Positions 43,588 through 57,000 of a stretch of DNA of 64,000 bases are shown here, piece by piece. Within the stretch, counting starts at the first letter, position 1. Every line of letters begins with the position of its first letter. The notes beneath the pieces are model-generated. The model was not told the DNA's origin. It ran no database searches and saw only the letters and a program-made list of their open reading frames with translations. The DNA comes from Octopus vulgaris (lineage: Eukaryota), in contig OX597833.1 of the NCBI GenBank assembly GCA_951406725.2, forward strand, positions 8,122,001 through 8,186,000, in the 5' to 3' direction. A program made the translations under genes and the position numbers.

Positions 43588-45604
43588 CAAACAAACATAT
43601 GTATACACATATACACCAATAAAAAAAACAGTAACATACAAGGTAATTAACAAAGATTGCCAGTTAATTAACATACATAACCAAGTAATTAACACATACA
43701 ATAATCACACCTTAAAATGAAGTCATTTATCGTACACCCCCACCACAGTAGGTCTACCCACTTCCAGTCAACAACTAAAAGATAAGGAACTTTTATTTCT
43801 TGGACACGGGATTCTAATATCTCAAACTTTACCAAAGTCAGAAGGTCTTAATTGATGGATTACTAACGAAGAAGCAAAACTTTTTAAATTGTTGTGTTTT
43901 GTTGCTCAACCCTTTAGCATTTAAGTTGGCCATGTCCAGCTGAAATATTCTACTTGTTTTATGGTGAGACCAGCCTGACCTGGCCTCTCACACCTACCCT
44001 ACAATGTCCTTCTAAAAACAAACAATCACATCATTGTAATCTTGAAGCTACAAGATAAAGCATGATTAGTTCAAAACAATGTGAATAGATAAGGATTATA
44101 TTTGACGGTAATCTCAATGCTAAAGGGTTAATCAAGTTATTTGGATTTTAATTAAAGTGTTTTGGTGTACGGCAACCAGGCAAATGTGTGGATGCTTGGG
44201 CTACGGCTGAGGAAAACTGAAGAAACTGGAAAAAGAACAAGAATGGTTACATGCAAAACAAAATTCGTTAAGACACATAAATCGAGGTTAATGGTTATTA
44301 AATCAAAATACAGTTAATAAATGACCACACACACACACATGCACACATGAACATACATACCATATATACTTGTGGAAAAGTCAAATTTTTTAGACCATTT
44401 TTTAAGGTCAAATTTATGGGGTCGACTATTACATGGTTACTACTTTGTACGAATTCATGCAGTGGCATTTACCAGTGTACTCAGCCACTTGCACATTAAT
44501 TTCACGAGAAGGCTGTTCCGTTGATCGGATCAACTGGAACCCTTGTCGTCATAACAGACGGAGCACCATAGTGGTATAGATTTTAGTAATACCAAACATA
44601 TTCAATACTTGACCACATATACACACACACACACACACATTGGTAAGTATTGGTATAAACAAGGTGACTGATACTAATTTCAAATTCTGTCGCCATCATC
44701 ATCATCATCATCGTCGTCATTTAATGCCAGTTTTCCATGATAACATACACTGGATGCTTTGAGAGGATCTGGGGAGGTGCAAGGTCATTATCAAGGGTTC
44801 AATGTCAGCTGGATGCCCCTCCTAATGCCAACCACTTTACAGAGTGTACTGAGGGAGGGGCTTTGTCTTTTTTTGTGCCACAGGCACTGGTGAGGCTGTC
44901 ATCTAAACATGTTAGACAGAAAAAGAACAAAGGAAGGAGGAAGGGGAAGAAGCTGTTGTGACAAAGAGGAAGTATTTGCAAGGGGAAGATGGAGGTGGGT
45001 GATTTTATGTCAGGTGTCAACAGGCTGAAGCATGATTGAGGGAGAAGCTCAGGTGTCTCGCTGTAGATGAGACACCTGGCTGAAGGAGATAAAAAAAGGA
45101 AGGTAGGGAAAGGGCGCGAGAGCAAACCGACAAGAAACAACAGGTCAGCAGGATGACCGCCATGGCCACCACCCTAGATTTCATCCTCTTTCTGAGAACA
45201 GAACAACACATCTTGAACTGTAAACAGTTCCTCACTACTGTCCATGAAGTGGGTGGTGGTGGTCATTACACGTCACCACTACACTGGCATCTCTACATGA
45301 GTACTCCTACATGACAGCTACATGCAGTACTCCCACTTAGCTCCTCGATCCAGGACCCTTGAAAGGCAACTCTACATGTCACCTCACCAGGGTCACTACT
45401 ACATGTAGCAGAATCTCTACATGGAATCTGTCTAATGAATTTCACTACATGGTGTCTGTAAATATGAAGCTTCCTTACACGGCATCTGTAAACGGAACGG
45501 GACAAACTAAAGCACAACAACAACAAACACCTGAAAAATACAAATATTAATTAAGCAATTAACAAGACACACATTAATTACTAATGAATGACAAATCAGA
45601 AGAT

Positions 45605-45652
<48 letters not shown>

Positions 45653-46566
45653 CTTTAGCAGTGTTGATCTTGAGAGAAAATTAAGAGATGACCACTTTAA
45701 TCTTTTAATAATGGTAAATTAATTAAACATTAAAATGATAAGCAGAGTCTCAGGAAATCAATGGCAGTGAAAAATCATGTGAAAAAATTTGAGAATTTAG
45801 TGAAGTTTCGACAACACCACGGAGAGAGAAGAATACTGAAACCCTTCATGAAACCCTTTTAACAGACAGAATTCTTTAAATAACTGAGAATTTGATGAAA
45901 TTTCGTAGAATTCATATTAATCTGGAATTTGAAAGATCAAAAGGAAATGTCAGATGATGGGTGATTTCACTTAGATGACACCCTTAAAAAGGGCCACACA
46001 TATGTGATGGAACCAGCAGAGGTCTTAGGTGGGTTGGTGTTAAAATTTGTTCAAAATCTGTTTTAAAGAGTTCTTTCTCTTTTTCTTCCCACAAAATATC
46101 TGAAGGAATAACCGTATTCTTGTCTCCCGTTGGTGTAAGAACTTATTCCAAATTTAGCTAAATGTTTTAAATTGACATAAAATCCATTTTGTTTCCTGGA
46201 AAAAGAGAACAAAAAAAAGTCTGGAAGTCACAACCAAAGTTTGTTCATTTATTTCTAAATTTTGGGCAGAATTGGAAAAAAACATAAATGTTTTGTTGGA
46301 ACAGTTTGTGGCATGGTCCATCTAGAAATAAAAAAAATGGAGAGGGAGAGACAAATGTATGTGTGTGTGAGTATATATACATACATACATACATACATAT
46401 ATATATATATACATACATACATACATACATATATATATACATACATACATATATATATATACATACATACATACATATATATACATACATACATACATAT
46501 ATATATACATACATACATATATATATATACATACATACATATATATATACATACATACATATATAT

Positions 46567-46610
<44 letters not shown>

Positions 46611-47050
46611 GAAAGAACAGAGTCGAACGACGATTTTAACAAAATTCCTTTACTCTCGACACATGTTTCGAAGGCTGCATATTCCTAATTCCAAAGGAGT
46701 AAAGGGTGCATTATGCCGCCATCTCATCAGGAAAGACAAGGAATTTATGTCAGCACCATGAAGAGCAAAAACTTTTAGATGACTGCCCACATGACTGCCC
46801 TTTATTCCTTCGGAATTAGGAATATGCAGCCTTCGAAACGTGTGTCGAGAGTAAAGGAATTTAGTTAAAATCGTCGTTCGACTCCATTCTTTCATTTATT
46901 CATAGTTATAAAAAACACACAAATTTACACACGAGAACACGGGATCCCTGCCCTTGGCATATAGCTTCAACCATGTTTTCTGACGTGAATTTGCTACCCA
47001 GGTATTGGTTAACCGAATTATCCATACTAGGATAATTCATTCACCTTCTT

Positions 47051-47116
<66 letters not shown>

Positions 47117-47475
47117 TATATATAATAATAAGAGTAAATAATTCCTATAATGGTTTTTTTTTTAAAAAAACAACAATTATTTACTGGTAGAATTCGGTAT
47201 GTAAATATAACCAATTAACGGTAGGAACTTCTGTAAAGTTCAGTATATATATTGTATATAAATAAAAGGGGCAGGCAACAGGTTGCTTGGCCACATACCG
47301 AAAAATTAGAAATAGCAGCCAAGACTGTTTATTTCTATTTTCTACAAGTGGGGCTCCACATATGACAGAATTACAGGGATATGTCGTATGTGGAGTCCCA
47401 TTTGTAGAAAATAGAAATAAACAGTCTTGACTGCTATTTCTAATTTTTCGGTATCCGGCCAAGCAACATATATAA

Positions 47476-47509
<34 letters not shown>

Positions 47510-48850
47510 ATATATATAGAGAGAGAGGGAGGCAAAGGAAGAGAGATAGGTAAAGAAAGAGAGAGAGAGAGCAAGAGAGAGATAAAGAGAGACAGAGATG
47601 ATCATAGTGTAAGGAAAATCTCAATGGTTGCCAGTGTAAATAAAACTTTCTAAATATTCTAAGAATCTCAAAAAATAAAATAGAATAAAAATCAAACAAA
47701 AAAAATAAACTAAATGATTGTAAAAAAGTGTTGTGTTTCCTTTTTTTTTAAAAAAAAAAGCCAATTCTAGTAAGAAGCTAATGATGCCAGCCACATTCTG
47801 TTGTAGAATGCAGCAGAACATTTAAAAGTAATCAACTATAAACTGCCCCCCACCAGCCCTGAACACCCCCTATACCTACTGCATGAAGAACTACTGCAAG
47901 AGGAAGACTGACTGCAAACTAAATGGCAGATAACGGTGCTTTGAATAAACGGTGTCTGGTGTTGGTGCCAGTGTTGGGTGGTGTTAGGGATGCAAATATA
48001 CTTATCTTTGTAGGAGGGTTTAGTTTTGTTTTGGAAGTTGTGACATTCCTTGGTAGTGTGAAGAATACACACAGACTCCTTGCTGTTGTAGTAAAGGGCT
48101 TCTTTCTTATTTCTTTACTGCCCACAAGGGGCTGCACACAGAGGGGACAAACAAGGACAGACAAAGGCATTAAGTCGATTACATCGACCCCAGTGCATAA
48201 CTGGTACTTAATCTATCGACCCCGAAAGGATGAAAGGCAAAGTCGACCTTGGCGGAATTTGAACTCAGAACGTAGCGGCAGACGAAATACTGCTATGCCT
48301 TTCGCCTGGTGTGCTAACGTTTCTGCCAGCTCACCACCTTTGTAAAGGGCTTCTTTCATAACAAACAATACAGATTACGTAGACTGATTCGGTGATAAAC
48401 ATGATGGTTATTAACCCTTTTGATACCAACCTGTCCAAGACAGCCCTTGCTTCTATGATATGAACTTCTTGTTTTAACCCTTTAGCATATCAGGCCTAAA
48501 TATTCTACTTGATTTATGTTCAAACCAGCCAGATCCGGCCCCTCACACCTATCCTACAATGTCATTCTAAAAGTAAACAATCACATGAAAGAAATGTCGA
48601 AGCTGCCAGGTAAATGCCTGATTAATTCAAAACAATGGGAATAAATATACTCTTTTACTCTTTTGCTTGTTTCAGTCCTTTGACTGTGGCCATGCTGGAG
48701 CACCGCCTTTAGTCGAGCAAATCGACCCCAGGACTTATTCTTTGTAAGCCCAGTACTTATTCTATCGTTCTTTTTAGCCGAACCGCTAAGTAACGGGGAC
48801 GTAAACACACCAGTATCGGTTGTCAAGCAATGCTAGGGGGACAAACACAT

Positions 48851-48882
<32 letters not shown>

Positions 48883-49099
48883 TTTGTGAAATAGAAAGAT
48901 GAATAATCTTGTTGCAGATTAATCAAAAGTTTAACCGATACCTTGATAGCAAAAATCACAGCAGAAGACAGCACGGTTGGAGGTACAACCATATGGTGTT
49001 GCAACCGTGCGTTGGTGCGGATAATTGAATTTTAATATTATTAGTGAATTGAAGACGATTTCTGTTCAATCTTCGTTCAACTCCATTTCTTCAATTCAC

Positions 49100-49143
<44 letters not shown>

Positions 49144-49870
49144 TACGACAGGCTTCTTTCAGTTTCCATTTACCAAATCTACTCACAAGGCATTGGTCGG
49201 CCCGGGGCTATAGTAGAAGACACTTGCCCAAGGTTCCACGCGGTGGGACTGAACCTGGAACCATGTGGCTGGTTAGCAAGCTACTTACCACACAGCCACT
49301 CCTACACATCTGCATTACATTTAACAAAGAAATCTGAATGCTAAAGGGTCAAAGAGTTCTGAATTAAAAGCTGCAACCAAAATTTTGGGTTCATTTTTGG
49401 TTCAAACACCAGCATTATTAAAATGACAGTTATTTCAATAAATTCTTCATTATTTTCAAAATGAATTGAAGCAAAGGCAATGCCTTCCACCAGAAATATG
49501 GCACCAAAAGAGTTCAAGCCACAGTGACTGTACAGCACATGCCAGCATTTAACACACCTTGCCACGCATTAACATAATATATACTGATTTCTGAAGACAG
49601 AGGCAGAAAGCTCAATATATTGGAGGATGGGGGGGGGTGTTAATAGCATTAACCCCAGTACATGACTGGTACTTTATTTTATTGGTCCATGTAGAATGAA
49701 GGCACAGTTACTATTGGTGAAATCCGAACTCAGGCTGTCAGAATCATTATATATTATAATAATAATAATAATATGATGGATGTATTTAAGAAATGCTGCC
49801 ATGCACGTGTGTATGTATACATACCTGTAAATAAATATGTATGTATAGTTATGCAAGTGTAAATGTGTAC

Positions 49871-49905
<35 letters not shown>

Positions 49906-50746
49906 CATATAAGAATTTACAAAATAAATAAAGGCGAAGATGGGTGTGTACAAAACAAACAGATGTGTTAGTTTAACGCTCGGGAAGTGAGAAAGTCTTT
50001 TACGTTTCGAGCCTATGCTCTTCGTCAGAAAGGAACACAGACATAAACAGGGAGCTCCGTGCTAGCAGGGCTTGGATGGGGACTTTTATGGCCAAATGCT
50101 CTTCCTGTTGCCAACCATTACATGTTTTTCAAGTCAGAGATTTTTTTATTCTGCAGATCCTTCAAAGCACATCATTTTATGTCCAGTTTCTATGCCAACA
50201 GGGTTGCCTGGATTGTCACAGACAGAGTTAGTTCTCATTCAGGGTTATCCCCCCCCCCGCTTCCAGAGACCACATCTCATTAGCATTTTCCATACCAGCA
50301 TGGTGTGTTTAGATGAATGCCTTCCCTGACATCAACTAATTCACAGACTGAAAAGCAGAAACCCTGATGAAGCTGCTTTGTAACCATGGAGATGAAAGAG
50401 TCTTCAGGTTCCTCTAACTTGACTCTCTCTCCATCTGATCAGAGCAACATGACTAACAACAGAGGGGAGAGAGATGAAGAAGAAAGTCTTTTACGTTTCG
50501 AGCCAATGCTCTTCGACAGAAAGGAACACAGAGGTAAGAGAGGAGTGGGACAAGGCTGGCAACCACACGTCTGCTGGTAAGAAAGAGGGCAAGGAGCAAA
50601 GAATGCCTGGTAATGGTTTTCAAAGGGGTTTTCTTAGGATTCCATTGGTCTTCAAAAGTGCCTAAACAACTGGTTGTCATTACAATGAGTAATGTAAACC
50701 TCATGTCCTCGTTTTGCTCAAAGAGTGACAAGTCATAAAATGTCAA

Positions 50747-50792
<46 letters not shown>

Positions 50793-50991
50793 CACGCACA
50801 CACACACACACACACATGTATATTCATACATACACACATACAGACCCAGGTATGTATGTGTCTATGTACGTTTAGTGATGCAAACAAGAAAATAGAACTC
50901 AAAACGTGTGTGTGTGTGTGTAGGGCACAGACACTTACCAAACGTCAATATATATATACATATATATATACATATATATATATATACATAC

Positions 50992-51029
<38 letters not shown>

Positions 51030-54000
51030 GTCTATATATATATATGTATATATATGTATATGTATATATATATATTGACATTTGATAAGTGTCTGTGCAC
51101 GAAACTTTCAGCCTTTGAGTCACTCTGTAACCTCTGCTAATACACACACACACACACACACATCAACTTAATATTCTATTAGTGGTGTTTGCAGAGAAGA
51201 GCAATCTGTTGGTCGTCTTCTTTGCTGGTGCAGCAACGGTCATGATTATGAATGGTGTGTATCAGTCATTCGTGATGGCCAGAAGCCAGAATGGAATAGT
51301 GAATCCATCAGCGGTGATGGCCAATAGCCAACATTTACAAAAAAAGAGAAATTAGAGCATTTATTTTTAGAAAGATATTAATAGATCAAACTTCATTGAT
51401 TTTGATCTGTCTCTCTCTCTCTCTCTCTCACTCACTCACTCACTCCTCACTCACTCACTCACCACTCACTCACTCACTCACACACACACACACACATAAA
51501 CACACACACACACAAAGAAACTAGCACTCTGTCGATAACAATGATGAGGGTTCCAGCTGATCCGATCAATGGAAGAGCCTGCTTGTGACATTGACGCGCA
51601 AGTGGCTGAGTACTTCACAAACATGCATACATTTAACATGACATGACAAGGCTGGACCCCTTTGAATTATAGGTACAACTGGTTATTGTCAGCTAAATGA
51701 ACTGGAGCAACATGAAACAGAGTGTCTTGCTCAAGGGTACAATGCCCTCGTGGTCTTGCGCAGACCACCCTAACCATTTAGCCATGAGCCTTCACATACA
51801 CAGACCTGCATATATAAACACAGACAAACATACGCATATACACAAACATACATGTACGCATACACACATCCATAACACACAAATATGCACACATAAAGCA
51901 ACATACACACACACTCACACAAGATGCAGGGGCAGGCTGTATAATTCAAGAGAATATGTCAGGGAGCTGTGCAGAGTTCAAATCTCCCCAGTGTCCCCTA
52001 AGAAGGAATCGGTTGCCCCAATGCCAATAATGTCTTTTATTGAAACAAGAACCCCTACATCATAGAGGCAAGACCCAAATTCTTCCAATGCTTTGCTCTT
52101 TTATTAGTTTTAGTTATTGGGCCACGACCCAGCTGGATCCACCTTGAAAACGATTTTACAGCTTATTACATTCACTAAAAGTGGTTTTTGGGAAAGGTTG
52201 TTCAACTCTTCTGCTACCCCACTCTCTTTGTCATACCTCAACTGTGGCAAACCACCAAAAGATATAAGGAACCACCAAAAGACAACCTTCCTACACAGAG
52301 AAACCATTTTATCCAACCAAGAAACCTCTACAGGGCTTCTTGGAGAAAGAGTGAATGGAAGTTGAATTTTGTTACAGGGTCGGGGTTAGTAAAAAGTTTG
52401 GAAAGCTCTGCTCTGTAAGAATTCATCAGAGATGCCGTAACATGGGTGAGAGGTGGCAGGGTGGGGGATAGGCTAATGAAAACTTCTCTATATAGTTGTT
52501 AGATCTGTGACAAATAGCAGCTAAATACCCTCAAATTACACACTACCATCTTTCATAAACAAAGGATATACTAGATTATGTAGTCTTTAAAAAGACAGGA
52601 TGGCCATGACTGGAATGCTTTTGATCATATGCCTGCTTGAATAAGGTTAACCTGGAGCTAAACAACAACAACTATATGTGGGGAGGGGGGAATAGGATTT
52701 GAAAAACAAAAAAGTAATTAGAATCAATGAAGCAATTATTTTTTTTTAGATTCAAATTTATATTTTAAATTGAAAAAAAAAAGCATTTCTTTTCCTTAAA
52801 CAACAAAGTCAGATGTGAATTAACAAAACAAAAGTTTATGATAAAGCTTTATGACTGAATGGTTTAGTTTTCTGATGTCATAGTTAAGACAAAGGTGAAC
52901 GATAATAATAATAATAATGATAATAATAATGATGATTAGGGAGTGAACCCAATTACTTACCATACAAGGACTTTTGTGACCTGAGTGCATGTCAGAGAAA
53001 TCTAGGGTTGTTTTAGGAATTGGTACGATTCCAGGGTCTGAGAGAACAGCTCGCAGATGCGACACCACAGCCAAAAATATGATAAAGTTGAAGATCACCA
53101 CGCTAATGGCGCCCCATAACCTGTAACCAGAAAATACGCATAACAGATATAACCAATATGCAAACCAAACACACACACACACATATATACTCGTGTGTGT
53201 GTGCGTGTGTGTGTAATTGTTAGTCTATAACGATCTCACATGGCAACAATCACCCCTCCCCACACATAATATTACTAAATCAAAGAATACTTTCTGTCCT
53301 ATCCAGGTTTTCAACCTCCTCAAACCTCAGACAATCTTGCCATGCCCATCCATCTTATTTTCAGACACAGTGTAACTAGGACTGCATTATTCACTCTCTT
53401 GCCTATCTAAAGATATGATACGAGTGGAGTTTAGCTGTTATCTTTAGCCATGAAGAGATTCCCATAATTCTCACCCCCCACCCCCACTGAATTATATTTT
53501 TAATCACTTTAAATTTCAGGGTTGTCTCCCCTACCTTTCTTCACATGAATTAACACATTAAACTAATCCTCGTTCCACTGAACCTGGATTTTAATCAACT
53601 CTGACAGACAGCTCTGATTTAGTTACAGCTGTTTGGTCCCCTAACTCAGAGGAGCCGCTGGATCAGGGCTGAGTCAGGGATCAGAGGGCTGCTGGATTCC
53701 AAACTGACACCTGACTCAGTTCTGATCCAGCAGCCCCCCCCCCACCTCTCTGTCACTGGCTTAGAACAGCAGAGAGGAATAAATCTAGAAAGTGTTGAGT
53801 GAACTGATGATAATGATGGTAGTGGTGGTGGTGGTGGTGGTGGTGAAGATGATTGTGATGATGAGGGTAGTGGTAGGGTGGCTGAGATGATGATGATGAT
53901 AGTGATGATAATAATGGTAATGGTAGTGGTGATGATGATGGTGGTGGTGGTGGTGGTGGTGGTGGTAGTGGTGGTGGTGATGATGATGATGACGAGGATA

Positions 54001-57000
54001 GTTGCGTTCTTTTGGTAATTCTGAAAATTCGTCAGAGTCCTACAGCATCTTTAACTACCCCTACACCTCCAATCCAAAATTTTTTTATATTCCAATATCA
54101 TATCATTTTATAGATTGTGTGTGTGTTGCTCCTTCTCAAGCCATCCCTGGCCCATAAGGGCTGGTTTTCCCAGTTTCATTGGTGTATAGGTTCCCCACCT
54201 GGACAGGACGCCGGTCCGTCTCAGGTGAGCTGCAAGATGCTGGAGGAAAGAGTGAGAGAAAGTTGTGGCAAAAGAGTCAGCAGAAGTTCGCCATTACCGT
54301 CTGCCGGAACCACGTGGAGCTTAGGTGTTTCACTTATAAACACACACATCGCCCGGTCTGAGATTCGAACCTGCAATCCCTCAACCGCCTGTCCACTGCT
54401 CTAACCACTAGGCCATGTGCCTCCACTATTTTATAGATTAAAAAGAAAAACCAAAAAAGCTGAAAGATAATCATCAATCATCAGTCATCAACCATCACTC
54501 TTTCAACAAACTACCTCCCCACCCCCACCCCTAGACTCTGCCAACAATTTTATGCATTTTTGCCCAAAATAGCAATAAGGCATCAGAGCAAAAATAAGAA
54601 TAAAATCTGGCAGCAGAACATTATTAAATTGCAGAACCATGACCGGTGAGGGGGGGAGGGGTGGCACCGGAGTAAATGGTAAAGGAGTCATTTGGCCACT
54701 TTTCTGGCTTCGAGTTTTACATCTCTTGTTGCTCGGTTGAGAACAAGTGAGGTTAAGTGTAAGCTGTACACTGCTGGAGAACCAATTAAATACTAATTAA
54801 CGACCGAGATTAATTTAATTCCTCTCGTTAACTGACTCAATGGAATTTCTGTAAATATGAGCCAACGTGGGAACCTTTAGGTGGTAGCTTAGTCTGCTAG
54901 AAAGAGCAGCTAAATCTCCCTCAAACCATGAAACCCTCACTACTACCTTCAAAAGGGTATGTTGAGCAATATAGTACTAAGTTCCCTGTATATAGGGAAA
55001 AGATGTGATGGTCATGACTGGAATGTCTTTGCTCATTCAGGGCTGACCTAGGATTAAACAATGTCTCTGAAAGTGTGGGAGGAGCAATTGGTCATCAGAG
55101 GAGGTGACCTAACAACACATCGTCACACTGGAGGGACAAATTATTACCACTGTAATCAGGGGTAACGATAAACAGGTGTAACATCATACCTATTGCAACT
55201 AAGTTGTGTGATATTACAAATATCATGACTATGATGAGGTGTGACACCATAAAATATTGTGACTATGATGAGGTGTGACACCATAAAATATTGTGACTAT
55301 GATGAGGTGTGACATCACAAATATTGTGACTATGATGAGGTGTGACATCATAAAATATTGTGACTATGATGAGGTGTGACATCACAAATATTGTGACTAT
55401 GATGAGGTGTGACACCACAAATATGACTATGATGAGGGGTGAAACCACAAATATTGTGACTATGATGAAGTGTGACATCATAAATATTGTGACTATGATG
55501 AGATGTGACACCACAAATATTGTGACTATGATGAGATGTGACATCATAAATATTGTGACTATGATGAGATGTGACACCACAAATATTGTGACTATGATGA
55601 GGTGTGACATCATAAAATATTGTGACTATGATGAGGTGTGACACCACAAATATTGTGACTATGATGAGGTGTGACATCATAAAATATTGTGACTATGATG
55701 AGGTGTGACATCATAAAATATTGTGACTATGATGAGGTGTGACACCACAAATATTGTGACTATGATGAGGTGTGACATCACAAAATATTGTGACTATGAT
55801 GAGGTGTGACACCACAAATATTGTGACTTTGATGAGGTGTGACATCACAAATACTGTGACTATGATGAGGTGTGACACCACAAATATTGTGACTATGATG
55901 AGGTGTGACATCATAAAATATTGTGACTATGATGAGGTGTGACGTCACAAATATTGTGATTCTACTCTGAGAAAAACATTGTACAGATAAGAATCACATT
56001 GTGTTAACAGAAGGAGTATAAAGTTGTGAATAGCCCTTTCTGGTGGTGGTGGTGTGGGGGAAGGGTCTTCAGTTAATATTAATTACCATATATAAATAAT
56101 ATATATATATATAGTTTGTAACACACATGTATATAATAGATGTACGTATATAAAGTATACAGCATCGAAAACCTGTTAATCATATAACATATATAGCCAT
56201 CAATGTATAATACTTAGTGTTGTCAATGGGCCAATAACGGCAGTATTTGTCCTGAAATAACATCTTTTATGGATTTGTTGGGTTAAAAACATAACAAATA
56301 TCAGAGACACACACAAACATTCACCAGAGCAGCAGCCAACAAGAGCACCAGATGCACTTCCAAGCATGCAGCTGGCTGCAAGTGTGCACCACTGAAAAGG
56401 CCCCAACAAGCCCAAGTGTATCTGGGGCTCTCAATGGCCGCTGTTTGGAAGAATTTTTATCTCTTAATATTTATTCTATTTTTAACACAGCAAGTCCATA
56501 AGAGATGTTATCTCGGGACAAATACTGCAGTAACTGGCCTATCAACAGAGAATATACATTCAGTATAATACATAGATGACTATTTTTATTTAATACTGGT
56601 TCAATTGTATATATGGGATTTATAACATGTAAAACATATTAGTACATAGCATGCACAGTGTACAAAACATATATTATACATACATATAAAATATATAACA
56701 CAGTATATAACAATAAGGAATCTGCAAATTAAGATTATTATTATTATTATTATTATTATAAACAAATTTCATAACATTTTGAAATTTAGTAAACAATTGC
56801 AAAATAATTTATGGAAACATACGGTTAATTATGGAAACAAATTTACTTGGTAATAACTAATCAGACACATAGATTGACAAATTTACTAATTAATAATCAA
56901 ACTAGAGAGATAAAGATTGTTAGATATGTTTCTAGGTGGGATTAGACTAAGATTAATGGATTTAAAAGGATTTCAACAGAGATGACTTAATGAGGAAGGA

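Noticed and set aside
45293-45530. Acceptor-like tatttttcag and 77-aa minus-strand ORF as an extra ZDHHC exon
   Set aside because: The phase-0 reading required by this intron hits stops quickly from both candidate AGs, and there is no homology
55206-55960. CRISPR-like array of 33-bp repeats
   Set aside because: Units are contiguous with no unique spacers, there are no cas genes and the context is eukaryotic; it is a minisatellite
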